Of a stretch of 61,734 nt of DNA, positions 36,801 to 48,981 are shown piece after piece. Within the stretch, counting starts at the first letter, position 1; each line of letters opens with the position of its first letter. The position numbers were made by a program, and so were the translations under genes. The notes beneath the pieces were generated by a model. It did no database searches, was not told the DNA's origin, and saw only the letters and a list, made by a program, of their open reading frames with translations. The stretch is from Chiloscyllium plagiosum (taxonomy: Eukaryota), in contig NW_025215242.1 of assembly GCF_004010195.1 (NCBI RefSeq), forward strand, positions 1 to 61,734, read 5' to 3'.

Positions 36801-37830
36801 ACGACCCTCTCATTCAATGCTAATCCGATTCTCCCACTCATCATGGCTGGAGGTACTCACCATCGCCCGGATATACCTGGATATTCCGTGATCCCTGACA
36901 TTGGTGCCTTCTTATAAAGGCCAATGGGCACATGGCTGAGCTTTCTCATGTTGGAGCTGCCCTGCACAGTTTGCCTGGCGCATGGCAGATAAGGGGCAAT
37001 TGCACCACGTTGTGTCGACAGGAGCACGGAAGTCCTGGTGGAGGGGCTAGTACAGAGGGTAACCCTTCTCTTCCCAGAGTGGGCCTCACCACTAGACACA
37101 CCCAGCATGGTCTGAGTTCACCACCCAACTCAGTGCTGTATCTGTGGTCTGAAGAAATGTCCATCAATCCAGGACAAGCATCAATAACCTTCAACACTCT
37201 ATAGGGATAGGGGTCACCGCATTTTCTCTGCTCCCTCACACTCACAGTATATCTGTTATAACACCGACCCCAGAACAAGGCTCATGCACCACCACTCTTA
37301 CTACTGCATGCAGCACCTTCACACTCTTTACAATTCTTCCAGGTCGGTATCTGCGAACATTGAAATTGTCCTGCAGTCACAATCCACACAAAAAAGCTGA
37401 CTCACCCACTGGTGTGACCAAGTGCAATACTAACACAATCCCTAAAAACAGACTGAAATGCTGATGCACACCAGACAGAGCGAGGGAAATATTGACAATG
37501 TTGTCATGGAGCAAGGGAAATACTGACAGACACTCCATGTCTGTATTAGTTCCCTGTATTCGTGAATGTCTCTGTATCTCTGTATTAGTGTGCGTCTGTG
37601 TGTATCAGCGTGGGGTAAGTCTGACAGTCTCTGTGGTGTTTAAAGTGTTATAATATCCCCCTGTCACGAGCACTGAGGAAGGGCCCTTTCATTTCTGTCC
37701 ATTCTGTTGCAGTCAGTCTCTGCTTATCTCTTCACACCACTGTCCAGGTGGAAATGGAGGGTGCAAATCATCAGGGATTCAGTTTACGAGGAACAGAGGG
37801 AGGGAAGTAAGTCAAAGCACCATCTAAACT
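33820..37830. repeat. Block A copy 2 with downstream flank, interrupted by LINE/SINE insertions at ~34010-36595
   Basis: 33890-34005 matches 290-405; 36690-37325 matches 500-1120; 37400-37550 matches 1780-1960; 37590-37830 matches 2750-2940. Confidence 0.85.
34010..36595 (-). mobile_element. CR1 fragments (3' UTR and RT) plus a SINE-like segment at ~35960-36175
   Basis: 'SGVLQGSLLGQLLFIIYRNHLD' and 'EDRRLANFVQL'; spans an assembly gap. Confidence 0.75.
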
Positions 37831-37849
37831 GCACACAATCAACATACAT

Positions 37850-37851
<2 letters not shown>

Positions 37852-37912
<61 letters not shown>

Positions 37913-37949
37913 CTCTTACACACACATACACACACACACACACACACAC
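37852..37949. repeat. (CA)n microsatellite
   Basis: Seen directly in the sequence. Confidence 0.95.
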
Positions 37950-38059
37950 CTGCAGGAGATCTTTAGGGTAGTTTTCTCAGCCTAGGAAGCTCCAGTTTAT
38001 CATCATCGAATCCATACAGTGTGGAAGAAGGCTATTCAGCCCATTGAGTCCAAATGAAC

Positions 38060-38530
38060 AGAAGTGAGGATATTCACTGAAGTTTACATAATGTTCAGAA
38101 CAACTAGTCAATGTCCATGTGCAACTAGAACTAGACACCATTCAAGATCATACTGTATAAGTCTGGATAACATTCACGCAACAGCACTGCTAGACACTGC
38201 GCATTTCGACAATAAAAGGTGCTGCTCAATCAGCACCTCAATTTGGGTTCACAAGAAGATGAGGAAGGCATTCAGTCCCTCAAACTTTTGGACAAGACGT
38301 ATGATCGCGCATTTAGTACCTCCTGCCAATTACACGAGAAGAGAAGGAATCTGCCCACTCCACACATTACTTACATGGAATCCGAAAGAGACTATTTCAC
38401 ACACGGAGTCACTTACAGAGGAAGACGAAGAGGTCATTCAGCTTCTCAAGTCACTAACACAGGGACAGGAAAGTCTGAGAGATGCTCTCACATCACAAAC
38501 AAATGGAGCAGGAACTGAACAGATCAACTG
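38060..38530 (+). repeat. Block C: LINE fragment fused to the ~42-bp minisatellite; paralog of 8270-8570
   Basis: Shared 'aatgttcagaaca', 'tgtccatgtgca' and 'aacagcactgc..g.cactgc.catt' across the LINE/unique junction. Confidence 0.7.
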
Positions 38531-39959
38531 CTCCAAATTGATCTACGTGGCTTAATTATTCATAGTACATAAATAAGTGTCCGTCCATAACCATCAAATT
38601 TCAACTTCGTTACTCTTTCACAACACTACACATTAAACACACAGTTACTGCTCTCTTTCCTCGTGGTACCATCATGCCAGGGTTTAGTCTGGTGAAACTC
38701 CTTTGCACTGTCTCGATGACAAAGAGATCATTATTTATAAAGCAGTCCAAATCTGTACACAATGCACCAAATACTCCCTTCACCAAACACCACCATTGGG
38801 AAAGATTTAGTCACTCTGATAGTTCAATCAATTTGTATGAAAAGCCGCATATCATTTAATTCCGGCCACGTAAGAATTCTGTTAGTGACTTATGACCAAG
38901 GTCATCCAGGTCCTTTTCAACAAAAGCACTCGCCAACGTCTCACCATTTTATATATATATATGATTATATTTGTTGTTCCCATCTGATTCAGGTTGTATG
39001 CCTCGTGAATAGTTATTGCCAAACACTGATCCTTCTGATACTCCACAAGCCTTCAGTCCAGAGATAAACATTACTAATCTCATATCTCCATTGCCCAATT
39101 TTTAATCCATATGGTATATATTCCAAACCACCTNNNNNNNNNNNNNNNNNNNNNNNNNNNNNNNNNNNNNNNNNNNNNNNNNNNNNNNNNNNNNNNNNNN
39201 NNNNNNNNNNNNNNNNNNNNNNNNNNNNNNNNNNNNNNNNNNNNNNNNNNNNNNNNNNNNNNNNNNNNNNNNNNNNNNNNNNNNNNNNNNNNNNNNNNNN
39301 NNNNNNNNNNNNNNNNNNNNNNNNNNNNNNNNNNNNNNNNNNNNNNNNNNNNNNNNNNNNNNNNNNNNNNNNNNNNNNNNNNNNNNNNNNNNNNNNNNNN
39401 NNNNNNNNNNNNNNNNNNNNNNNNNNNNNNNNNNNNNNNNNNNNNNNNNNNNNNNNNNNNNNNNNNNNNNNNNNNNNNNNNNNNNNNNNNNNNNNNNNNN
39501 NNNNNNNNNNNNNNNNNNNNNNNNNNNNNNNNNNNNNNNNNNNNNNNNNNNNNNNNNNNNNNNNNNNNNNNNNNNNNNNNNNNNNNNNNNNNNNNNNNNN
39601 NNNNNNNNNNNNNNNNNNNNNNNNNNNNNNNNNNNNNNNNNNNNNNNNNNNNNNNNNNNNNNNNNNNNNNNNNNNNNNNNNNNNNNNNNNNNNNNNNNNN
39701 NNNNNNNNNNNNNNNNNNNNNNNNNNNNNNNNNNNNNNNNNNNNNNNNNNNNNNNNNNNNTCATGGTGAGTGTCAGCACAGTCCTGTCCCTGGTGTGAAG
39801 GTACAGGTTATACTGAAGGAGGGGACACAGCTCAGTGACCACCTCAACTTTGAAACAAGCTGGTTTCACACTATACAAATAATGGGTCCAGCTTAGAAAA
39901 ATGTTCCTGTAAATCCTGGAAAGTGCAATGTGCTGCTGCACCCTGCTTACAAGAGCTTG

Positions 39960-40120
39960 CCTTCTGTCTAGCCTCGGCTCCATTTGTTTACGATGGACCA
40001 AGACTCTCTGTAAATGCAGTGTCCAGAGTGGGGTCACCAGACCCTCGGGTCTCCCTGAATGAACCCAGCAGCTGACAACACAACCCTGAGAACACCATCC
40101 ATAGAAACTCCACTGACTTT
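39960..40120. repeat. Low-copy block B, copy 4 (diverged)
   Basis: 'gcctc.gctccatttg', 'gggtcacca', 'ggtctccctgaatg' and 'ctccact' are shared with 25590-25750. Confidence 0.65.
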
Positions 40121-40862
40121 CTAATGACAGTAGCAAACCAGTTCCCCACATTCAGTGTTGAAAATGGCTCCCTCTCCTCAGTTTCTCTTCGTGGCTGAGA
40201 AAGCCGTTGCATCACTGCACAGTCCCGCAGTAACAGTTCCTGTGTCTAAAGAAGCAGTTGACAATGTAATATTACGTTTCTCTGTATCTCGACAACTAAA
40301 AGGCCAGCACCACTTTTGCCGATGGAGTTGATCACCACATTCAGAGAAAAGAGTCAGAGGGAACATAATTCACTTCAAGCAGGGACATCCCGAAATGAGT
40401 GTGATATTCAGGAATATTGGAAAAAGGGAAATGTTAGAATAACTTCCCATTCTACTTTCCTTCTAATCTTTCATCAGCAGTCATTTTGCTTGCTTTTACT
40501 TTCTCTCTCTCTCTCTTGCTGGACATTTCTCCATCGATTCAACACAAACCTCCCATTCACCGTTCCAACCATTCCTGATATAAATAGTATTATTTCTCAG
40601 TTGCACTCAGTTTTGATAGGGTGATTGAACTCGAAACGTTATCTGTGTTACTGCCGACAGACTGCCATACCTGCTGAAATTCTTCAACATTCTTTCAGAT
40701 CTCCAGCATCCGCAGTTCCTTGGTTTATTTCACCTTGAATATTGTTATTTCCCGGGATTTCAAAATCAATGACAAGGGCAGCATTTGTTGTCCATCACTA
40801 ACCCAATAGTCAGCGATATCAACATCCCACCTGCACCAAGTACTACTGTGACATATGAGCGT

Positions 40863-41416
40863 TGTCATGAAAGGGGTTAACTAGAGCTGTTTGTTCAATG
40901 ACTGCGTTTAATACCAAGCTTCCTGGACCTAAAAGGATTCTTAGCTTTACCTTTCGCCAGTTATTGTTGGATTTCACAGCAGAACTGGAAGGCGATAAAT
41001 CTCTCCCGGATTCTACACTGTCTCTCTGAGATTTCTCTCAGAAGTGTCTTTTGCTGTGTTTTTTTCCTCCTGGATTGGAGAACGGCATGTCAGAAAATCT
41101 GTTCACTGAACATGTTTTTTGACAAGTGTGTGCTTTATTGGATGTTACCATATTGGAGCAGTTTACTGTTTGTAGTTAAATAACCTATTATTCTGTTAAG
41201 TTTTTCACCAGAATTAATATATTCCAAGACCCATTTCCTTTTGTTGTATTTTGTCAGCAGTGTTTGAATAAATTGTGTTTTGCTTAATGCTGAATATTTT
41301 CGCCAAGCGAATCGTATCTGAAGCACAGCACCTCATATTTATCTTCAAAATATAACAAAAAACACGTTCGGTCCGAGGGAATGTATGCATTTTGACGGTT
41401 GCTTTGGTCCATAACA
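40863..41416 (+). mobile_element. Solo LTR related to the 8576/31414 LTR family
   Basis: Termini TGTCATG...CATAACA; the 3' half resembles the reverse complement of 25795-25960 and 8576-8730. Confidence 0.7.
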
Positions 41417-41852
41417 AGAATGACAGAGATTCAGGTGTTATTGGGTAATTACTTAATGGACAACATGTTGCAGAAATATAGGGTTAAACAGCGGAATGGG
41501 CCGAGCTGTCGAAATGATAGTTATGTAAGGAGTTATGTCAGATACTCACTCCGCCTCGCAGATCAAGCCCGGACACATATAAGGCAAGATGAGATATCTG
41601 TTCATCAGGAAGCACTGCGAAGACCAGGCTAGTGTACCGCTCAGCAATCCGTCCTGGATCGAACACTCTTCAGGGCTCACCAGTCCATTCCATTTCTGTC
41701 CAACAATGCACTTATCTGTAAAGCTAGGCTAATAATCTGTTCAGCACAGGGCGCTGTGCAGAACACACAAGTGCATTGATGTGTAATCACGGACTAGGTA
41801 TCTGTCCAGCATGAGGAACTGTGCAGTGAACAGCAGTGAAGTTATCAGTTAA

Positions 41853-42945
41853 TCTGGAGCAGTTGCCTTCCCAGCATGTACAGCTGTGTACAACAACCAC
41901 CGCATTGCTGAGTAACGCTGTGTTAGATCACTGCCCAGCGTGGGGAGACCTGCGGGCAGCTCATGCTGGAAGTGACAGGCTGTGCAGCTCCCGTCCATTT
42001 ACATTGTGCCTTGACAAGGGGTGCTATGGGTGTGAAAATCACTGCCAGTGAGAGGCCATGAATCAGTTGAAATACCGCCAAATGGGAGGAGCTTGGTTAA
42101 AAAAGACGGGGAGATTGAAAGACAATTTCAGAGAAGGATCTGATCGTAGGTTTAAAAATTGTGAAATGAAAACATCTTGCAAAAAAGACCACTGTTTCCA
42201 GAAATGATTGGTTAACAGGATATTGATAAGATGTTGGAGAGTTAAGATGATGGACAGTTTTGGATGAGCATTTGTTCTGCAGCTTTTTAATTGGGAGCAG
42301 GATCAGTAGAGTCTTGGACTCATTGGGCTGAATCTAACAATAATTTGGGTCAGTGCTATTTTCATTGAGTGTGACAGAGGGATTGTCTGCACGAGGCCGA
42401 GCTAGTTTCCTGGTGTTATCTTATCACCTCATTAACTACCCAAACCAAATTCAATACCAGCCCGATTCTCCCACTCATCATGGCTGCAGGTACTCGCCAT
42501 TGCCCGGATGCCTCTGGATATTCCGTGATTCCCTGGTGCAATCTTTAAAGGGCCAAAGGACACACAGTTAACCTTTCTCTGCTTGGTGCTGCCCAGCACA
42601 GTTTACCCTGAGCATGGCAGATAAGTGGAAATTACACCACGGTTTGTAGACAGGATCACGAAGGCCCTGATGGATGGGCTAGTACAGAGGAGGGCCATTC
42701 TTTTCCCAGAGGGGGCCACACCACCAGACCCACCTAGGATGGTCTGAGCTCACCACCCAGCTTAGTGCAGTATCTGCAGTCTGAAAAATGTTCAGTAATA
42801 CAGGACAAGCATCAATAACATTCCCTGCTCTGACAGGATAATGTTCACCGTATTCTTTCTGCTCTCTCACACCCACTGTATATCTGTTACAGCGCCTTCT
42901 CCAGGATGAGGCTCCATCACTCCTAGTATTGCATGCAGCAAATTC
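41853..42945. repeat. Block A copy 3
   Basis: Colinear with 1-1120. Confidence 0.9.
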
Positions 42946-45045
42946 TCCCTCTTACACTTATGCAATACCCCCACATTGTTACAAAATGGCCTGCTGAGTG
43001 CTGTTCCTAGAATTATCTGAATGAATTCGTTTGTACAATGCTCCAAATATTTCCTAAGTTCAGGAAAATGTTCATCCTCCAGTGTGTAACACATCAGGGG
43101 AACGAGCAAAGTTTTATTTTTTAAACACTCAGAATGAAAGTGCGTCATGAGGCCATGAAGCCTCTCAAATATACTCCAAAATTCAGACAAAGGGAGCACC
43201 TAAACTCTTGAAGACTCACGCTCTTCTTGAAGATAGGCACGACATTGGAGGGTCTCCAGTTTCACTGGAACACTCCTGTAATTCGGAGAGTTATGGAAAA
43301 TTTCACACAGTGTCAACAGTCACTCTGTAACCACTTCTATTAGACCCAGTTTATTAGAACCTGTTTATCGATGGTCATATCTGTTTGAGAAAAGCCTTTT
43401 TCGTTTTGTTAGAGACATTGCAAGAAATTTCACCTGACTACAATTTTGGTTATATTATCGAAACTCTTTGTGATTCCCCTGTGAGGAACGATGTAAAATA
43501 CTGTTTTAAATTCTCTGCCTGCTCCCTGAAATCAATTCCCCAGTCACATCCTCCCGGTGTTCCACATATACTTTCCTGCCTTTCTTTCAAGGATGTCACA
43601 CACACATCATGAACGTTTTTTAAATCGAAATGGAAAAGCTCTTGTGGTTAGATTCTTTTTGATATTTCTTTCCAGTTTTGAAATATTATTCTTTGTATCT
43701 TGCTTTATTCAATCTGCTTCTGGTTCCAAACATACGCATTCCAAAGCTGGCCGACGCTAGTTTTCCAGAATCTGAGTTCTATAGTTTGTGATTGATTAGT
43801 ATCCTTCACAGCGTTTGTACATCATGGTTGGTTTATCGCCACATCTTCATATCATCTTCTTTCTGACCAGAGTCAATCATTGCTGAGCATTATGAAATAT
43901 GTGCTTACATTTCTACACCACATATCTACTGATCTTCACCTGGGTCAATTTTCACATTACGTTTTATACCAGATATAAGGCATAAATCATCAATTGAAAT
44001 GCCTGTCTCTTTTCAATCATTCAGGGGGAACCTGCGTATGTGGCTGAACATATCATCAGCTGAGGGTGACTCCATCCTCCCAGTTTCTCTGGCTCTGTGA
44101 TTTCTGTTTGATGATGCCACATTCCAGTAGAAAGATTCCTGCGTGATCACCTTTTCTCTCAACTGAGGAATCCGCTAACTCGGATGGACTGAGCCTTCAG
44201 CTGTGACTGTCCCATCTCCCTCACTTCTGCCTTCACTCCGTCCCTTCCTTCCCAGAACAATTATAGATCTCCCATTGTCCTCACTCCTACTGCACTAGAA
44301 TCCACATTCACCGAATGTTGCAGTCTGGAAGAGTTAATATTCAATTCCATAACTTCACAGTCTGACCCTATTATGGCTGTTCTCCATTTTCATACAGTCT
44401 CCTTCCTGGGCTCCCTACAAATGTGTTTCGTTTGTCGTGCAGTCAGCAGAGAAAATCAATTTGTAATATTTACACATTAATTTACACCCATTATATATCT
44501 GTCTCTTTCACCACGATTAAAAGCTCATTTGGCTTTTGCACTGGGCCTCCAAACACTCTTTCCCACCTCTGCCAAGACACTAAAAGGCTCACTTTCCAAT
44601 CCTTTACACTTCTGAAGAAATTTTACACTGGACTTGAAACATTAACATTGTTTCTCTGTCTCTGCAGATGTGGCCAGATCCGCTGAGTTTCTTCAAAAAT
44701 GAAAAGTCACAGAACACATTTTCAATATAGCAAAGATCATTAGATACAGGAAATCTGAAACAAAAACACAATTTGTTACAGATACTGTGAGCTCTGAATA
44801 ACAATAACAGGCCCTGAAAATTAAATCAGCTTTCACTCCACAGATGCTGCCAGATCTGTTCAGTATTTCAAACATGTTTCTCAAAGCTGCTCACACGCCC
44901 TTTCCAACATGGAACGCCACACATCGTGAAGTGAACAATAACGCAAGGTGCACAAATTCATTTGTTCTGAAACTACATAGGGCTGGTATCTCTGACACTA
45001 CAGAGCTCTTAATCATGGTCAGGGAGAGAAACAGAGGGAAACACA

Positions 45046-45520
45046 ATCATAGAACATAGAAGAATACAGCGCAGTACAGGCCCTTTGGCCCTCGATGTTG
45101 CGCCGATCCAAGCCCACCTAACCATCACTAGCCCACTATCCTCCATATGCCTATCGAATGCACGTTTAAATGCCCATAAAGAGGGAGAGTCCACCACTGC
45201 TACTGGCAGGGCATTCCATGAACTCACGACTCGCTGAATAAAGAACCTACCACTAATAACTGTCCTATACCTACCACCCCTTAATTTAAAGCTATGCCCC
45301 CTTGTAATAGCTGACTCAATACGTGGAAAAGGGTTCTCACGGTCAACCCTATCTAAACCCCTAATCATCTTGTACACCTCTATCAAGTCACCCCTAAACC
45401 TTCTTTTCTCCAATGAAAACAACCCCAAGTGCCTCAGCCTTTCCTCATACGACCTTTCTACCATACCAGGCAACATCCTGGTAAAACATCTATACCAGGC
45501 AACATCTATAACATCTATAA
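45046..45520 (-). mobile_element. Young 5'-truncated CR1 3' end
   Basis: Open 'FTRMLPGMVERSYEERLRHLGLFSLEKRRFRGDLIEVYKMIRG...FFIQRVVSSWNALP' followed by a (ttctatg) tail. Confidence 0.9.
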
Positions 45521-46519
45521 CAGCTACTTCGAGGTAAACCACATTTTAAGATTGGCAAGGTTCAAAAGTGTAAGAGGAGGATGAGATAAATCAGGAATTA
45601 GTAATACCATTACTTAAACTTTAAAGACTGTGGGTTACAAGAGGACAGAGAGACTGACCCAGCTGAAGAATTCTAGTTTTGAAATCCTAAGAAGTGAGTA
45701 TGTGTGGGAGACAGTCTTGTTTTCAGTAATGAGTAGGTGCAGGTGGAATGAAAAGCATATCAGATTGGATATTTGTAATTTAAGAGAAACGTGAGAGGAA
45801 CATTCAGTAGTGAGGATTGACCATAGAAAAAATAATGACATAGAAAGGGTCAATAAAGGATGAGGCATAAATGAGTTAGAGACTAGAGGTACAAAGGATG
45901 CTATATATCTGACAACAGGCTTTTTCTGCTATCTTGCTCAGAGAACAATGAAGGCATTAGTTTAGCTTTGAATGTTGTCTGTACCAAAGGCTTTAAAGAG
46001 GTGAATGCTGTTAAAATAAGAGGATTTAAAAGAAGAGAAACCAATAGAATATCAGAATGAACTAAACAATGATACCTATTATTTATTTTTGTTTTCCGGA
46101 TAACTTAGCTACTACTTGTGTAGTGCAATTATTATGCAGTCATAATGACAGTCACAATGGTGAGCTATCTTAAAACCTGAAACACTGGAACTCTTTTACA
46201 GAAACAGTTGACTTGTTGAAATTTATTGGATGGCACAGCATATGTTCAAAGGCTGCCAAATGCAGCACCTATTGGAATGTTTAATGCTGACATCATTGTT
46301 TCCTCGTAATACAGAAAATCTATCGACATTGGAACATTAACAACGGGGGAGATTAATTTTGCTGGCATTCTCTAATCTTCCTCTGCAAAAGATGTACCTG
46401 ATACTGGAATACCACAGGTCCGCTAAGATTTCCTATGATGTGGGATGGACGAATGTCTGTTTGTTTTTGGATGCATAATTATTGTTATTTGCTCACCTTT
46501 TAGCTTACATCAACTATAC

Positions 46520-48232
46520 CAATTCTCTCTAAGACTTTGCACACAACAGAAGTGAGACTCACCGGCTATAGTTACTAGAGTTATCCCTACTCCCATTCTT
46601 GAACAAGGGAACCACATTTGCGAGCCTCCAGTCTTCTGGCACTACTCCTGTAGACAACGAGGACATAAAAATCAAGGCCAATGGCTCTGCAATCTCCTCC
46701 CTTGCTTCCCAGAGAATCCTAGGATAAATGTCATCAGGCCCAGGGGAATTATCTATTTTCACCCTTTCCAGAATTTCCAACACCTCTTCCCTGCATACCT
46801 CAAAGCCATCCATTCTACTTAATTGTGACTCAGTATTCACATCGGCAACAATGTCATGTTACTGAGTGAATACTGACGAAAAGTATTCATTCAGTGTCTC
46901 CCCAATCTCTTCAGCCTCCACACTCAACTTCTCACTACTATCCTTGACTGAACCTATTCTTACCCTAGTCATTCTTTTATTCCTGACATACCTATAAAAG
47001 GCCTTAGGGTTTTCCCTAATCCTACCAACTAAGGACCTTCCATGTCCCCTCCTTGGTGCTCTTAGCTCTCTCTTCAGGTCCTTCCTGGCGACCTGATAAC
47101 TCTCAATCGCCCCAATTGAACCTTCACGCCTCATGTTTACATAGGCCACCCTCTTCCATTTAACAAGGGATTCCAATTCCTTATTAAACCACGGCTCCCT
47201 CACACAACCCTTTCCTCCCTGCCTGACAGGTACATACTTATCAAGGACACTCAATAGTTGCTCCTTGAACAAGCTCCACATATCAATTACGCCCTTGCCT
47301 TGAAGCCTACTTTTCCAAGCCACGCATCCTATGTCATGCCTCACCGCATCATAATTTCCCTGCCCCCAGCAGTGCACACTTATCCCTCTCCATCACTAGA
47401 GTAAAAGTCACCGAAATGTGGTCACTGTCCCCAAAGTGCTCACCTATCTCTAATTCTAAAATCAAGGCCAATGGCTCTGCAATCTCCTCCCTTGCTTCCC
47501 AGAGAATCCTAGGATAAATGCCATCAGGCCCAGGGGAATTATCTATTTTCACCCTTTCCAGAATTGGGCCTGGTTCCTTACCCAAAACCAAATCCAGTAT
47601 GGCCTCAACTCTAGTTGGCCTATCTACATATTGTGTCAGGAAACCCTCCTGCACACATTGGACAAACACCGACCCATCTAACGAACTTGAGCTATAGCTT
47701 TCCCAATCAATATCAGGAATGTTAAAGCCCCCATAACAACCACCCTATTACTTTCACTCTTCTCCTGAATCATCCTCGCAATCCTTTCTTCTACGTTTCT
47801 AGAACTATTAGGAGACCTGTAGAAAACTCCTAACAGGGTGACCTCACATTTCCTATTCCTCACCTCAGCCGAAACTACCTTAAATGGCGAGTCTTCATCC
47901 ATCGTCCTTTCCACCGCTGTACTACTATCTTTGACAAGTAATGCCACACCTCCCCCTCTTTTACCCCCACCTCTGACCCTACTAAAACATTTAAACCATG
48001 GAACCTGCAACAGCCAATCCTCTCCCTGTTCTACCCATGTCTCCGTAATAACCACAACATCGAAGTCCCAGGTAGCAACTTCTTGCATTGAGGTATACAC
48101 ACTTCAAGCCACTTTCCTGTTTACAGGCACCCTCGTTTGAGATTGATGCCATGTTCCTAACCTCCCTACACTCCAGGTCCTGTGCACTAAAGCTACAGTC
48201 TAGGTTCCCATGCCCCTGCAGAGTTAGTTTAA
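46520..48232 (-). mobile_element. CR1 ORF2 N-terminal half (endonuclease and linker), disrupted
   Basis: 'FDVVVITETW', 'LGVFYRSPN', 'PTRVEAILDLVL', 'SPGPDDIYPRIL', 'VPEDWRLANVVPLFK'. Confidence 0.92.
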
Positions 48233-48659
48233 TCACTTTCAACAGAAGATGGCATTACTGGAGGGGAAAAGATTCAGATGAAAACGTTACATGGTTTTGA
48301 GGAATGCCATAATTGCATCATGACATCATTAAGAGACTCTAATAGGATGAAAATTTAAAAAAGAAGTGTTCCCACATCAGAAACCAGGGTGGGTCACTGT
48401 GTATAGTGGTGATGGGTGACCGGGTCGCGGTATGAAATGAGAACAGGTAGCAGAATTGTATTGCAGATATTGCAGCACAAACTGGGCATTCATGTGATGC
48501 TGAAATCATAACAGAAGCAGCAGCAGCAGTATTCAACCACAATCTGTAACTTTTTCCCCAGGATAATTCCGCAATCTACCATTACTCTGAAGCCGAACTC
48601 TGGTTTAGTGACGAGCGTGGGTGAATATATCAGGGTCAGAACCATGTGTAACAAAACAT

Positions 48660-48981
48660 ACTTCTTTAGAGACCTCAATTTCCCTTCCCACGTGGTTAAA
48701 GATGCCCTCCAACGCATCTCATCCACATCCCGCACCTCCGCCCTCAGACCCAACCCCTCCAACCGCAACAAGGACAGAACGCCCCTGGTGCACACCTTCC
48801 ACCCTACCAACCTTCGCATAAACCAAACCATCCGCCGACATTTCCGCCACCTCCAAACAGACACCACCACCAGGGATATATTTCCCTCCCCACACCTTTC
48901 CGCCTTCCGCAAAGACCGTTCACTTCGTGACAACCTGGTCAGGTCCACGACCCCCTACAACCCACCCTCCCATCCTGGCAC
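48660..48981 (+). mobile_element. Penelope-like element fragment (RT C-terminal region upstream of GIY-YIG), running into a gap
   Basis: 'FFRDLNFPSHVVKDALQRISS...RTPLVHTFHPTNLRINQTIRRHFRHLQ...SAFRKDRSLRDNLVRS'. Confidence 0.85.

Noticed and set aside
37707..37985. His/Thr-repeat ORF
   Set aside because: Translation of a (CA)n microsatellite.
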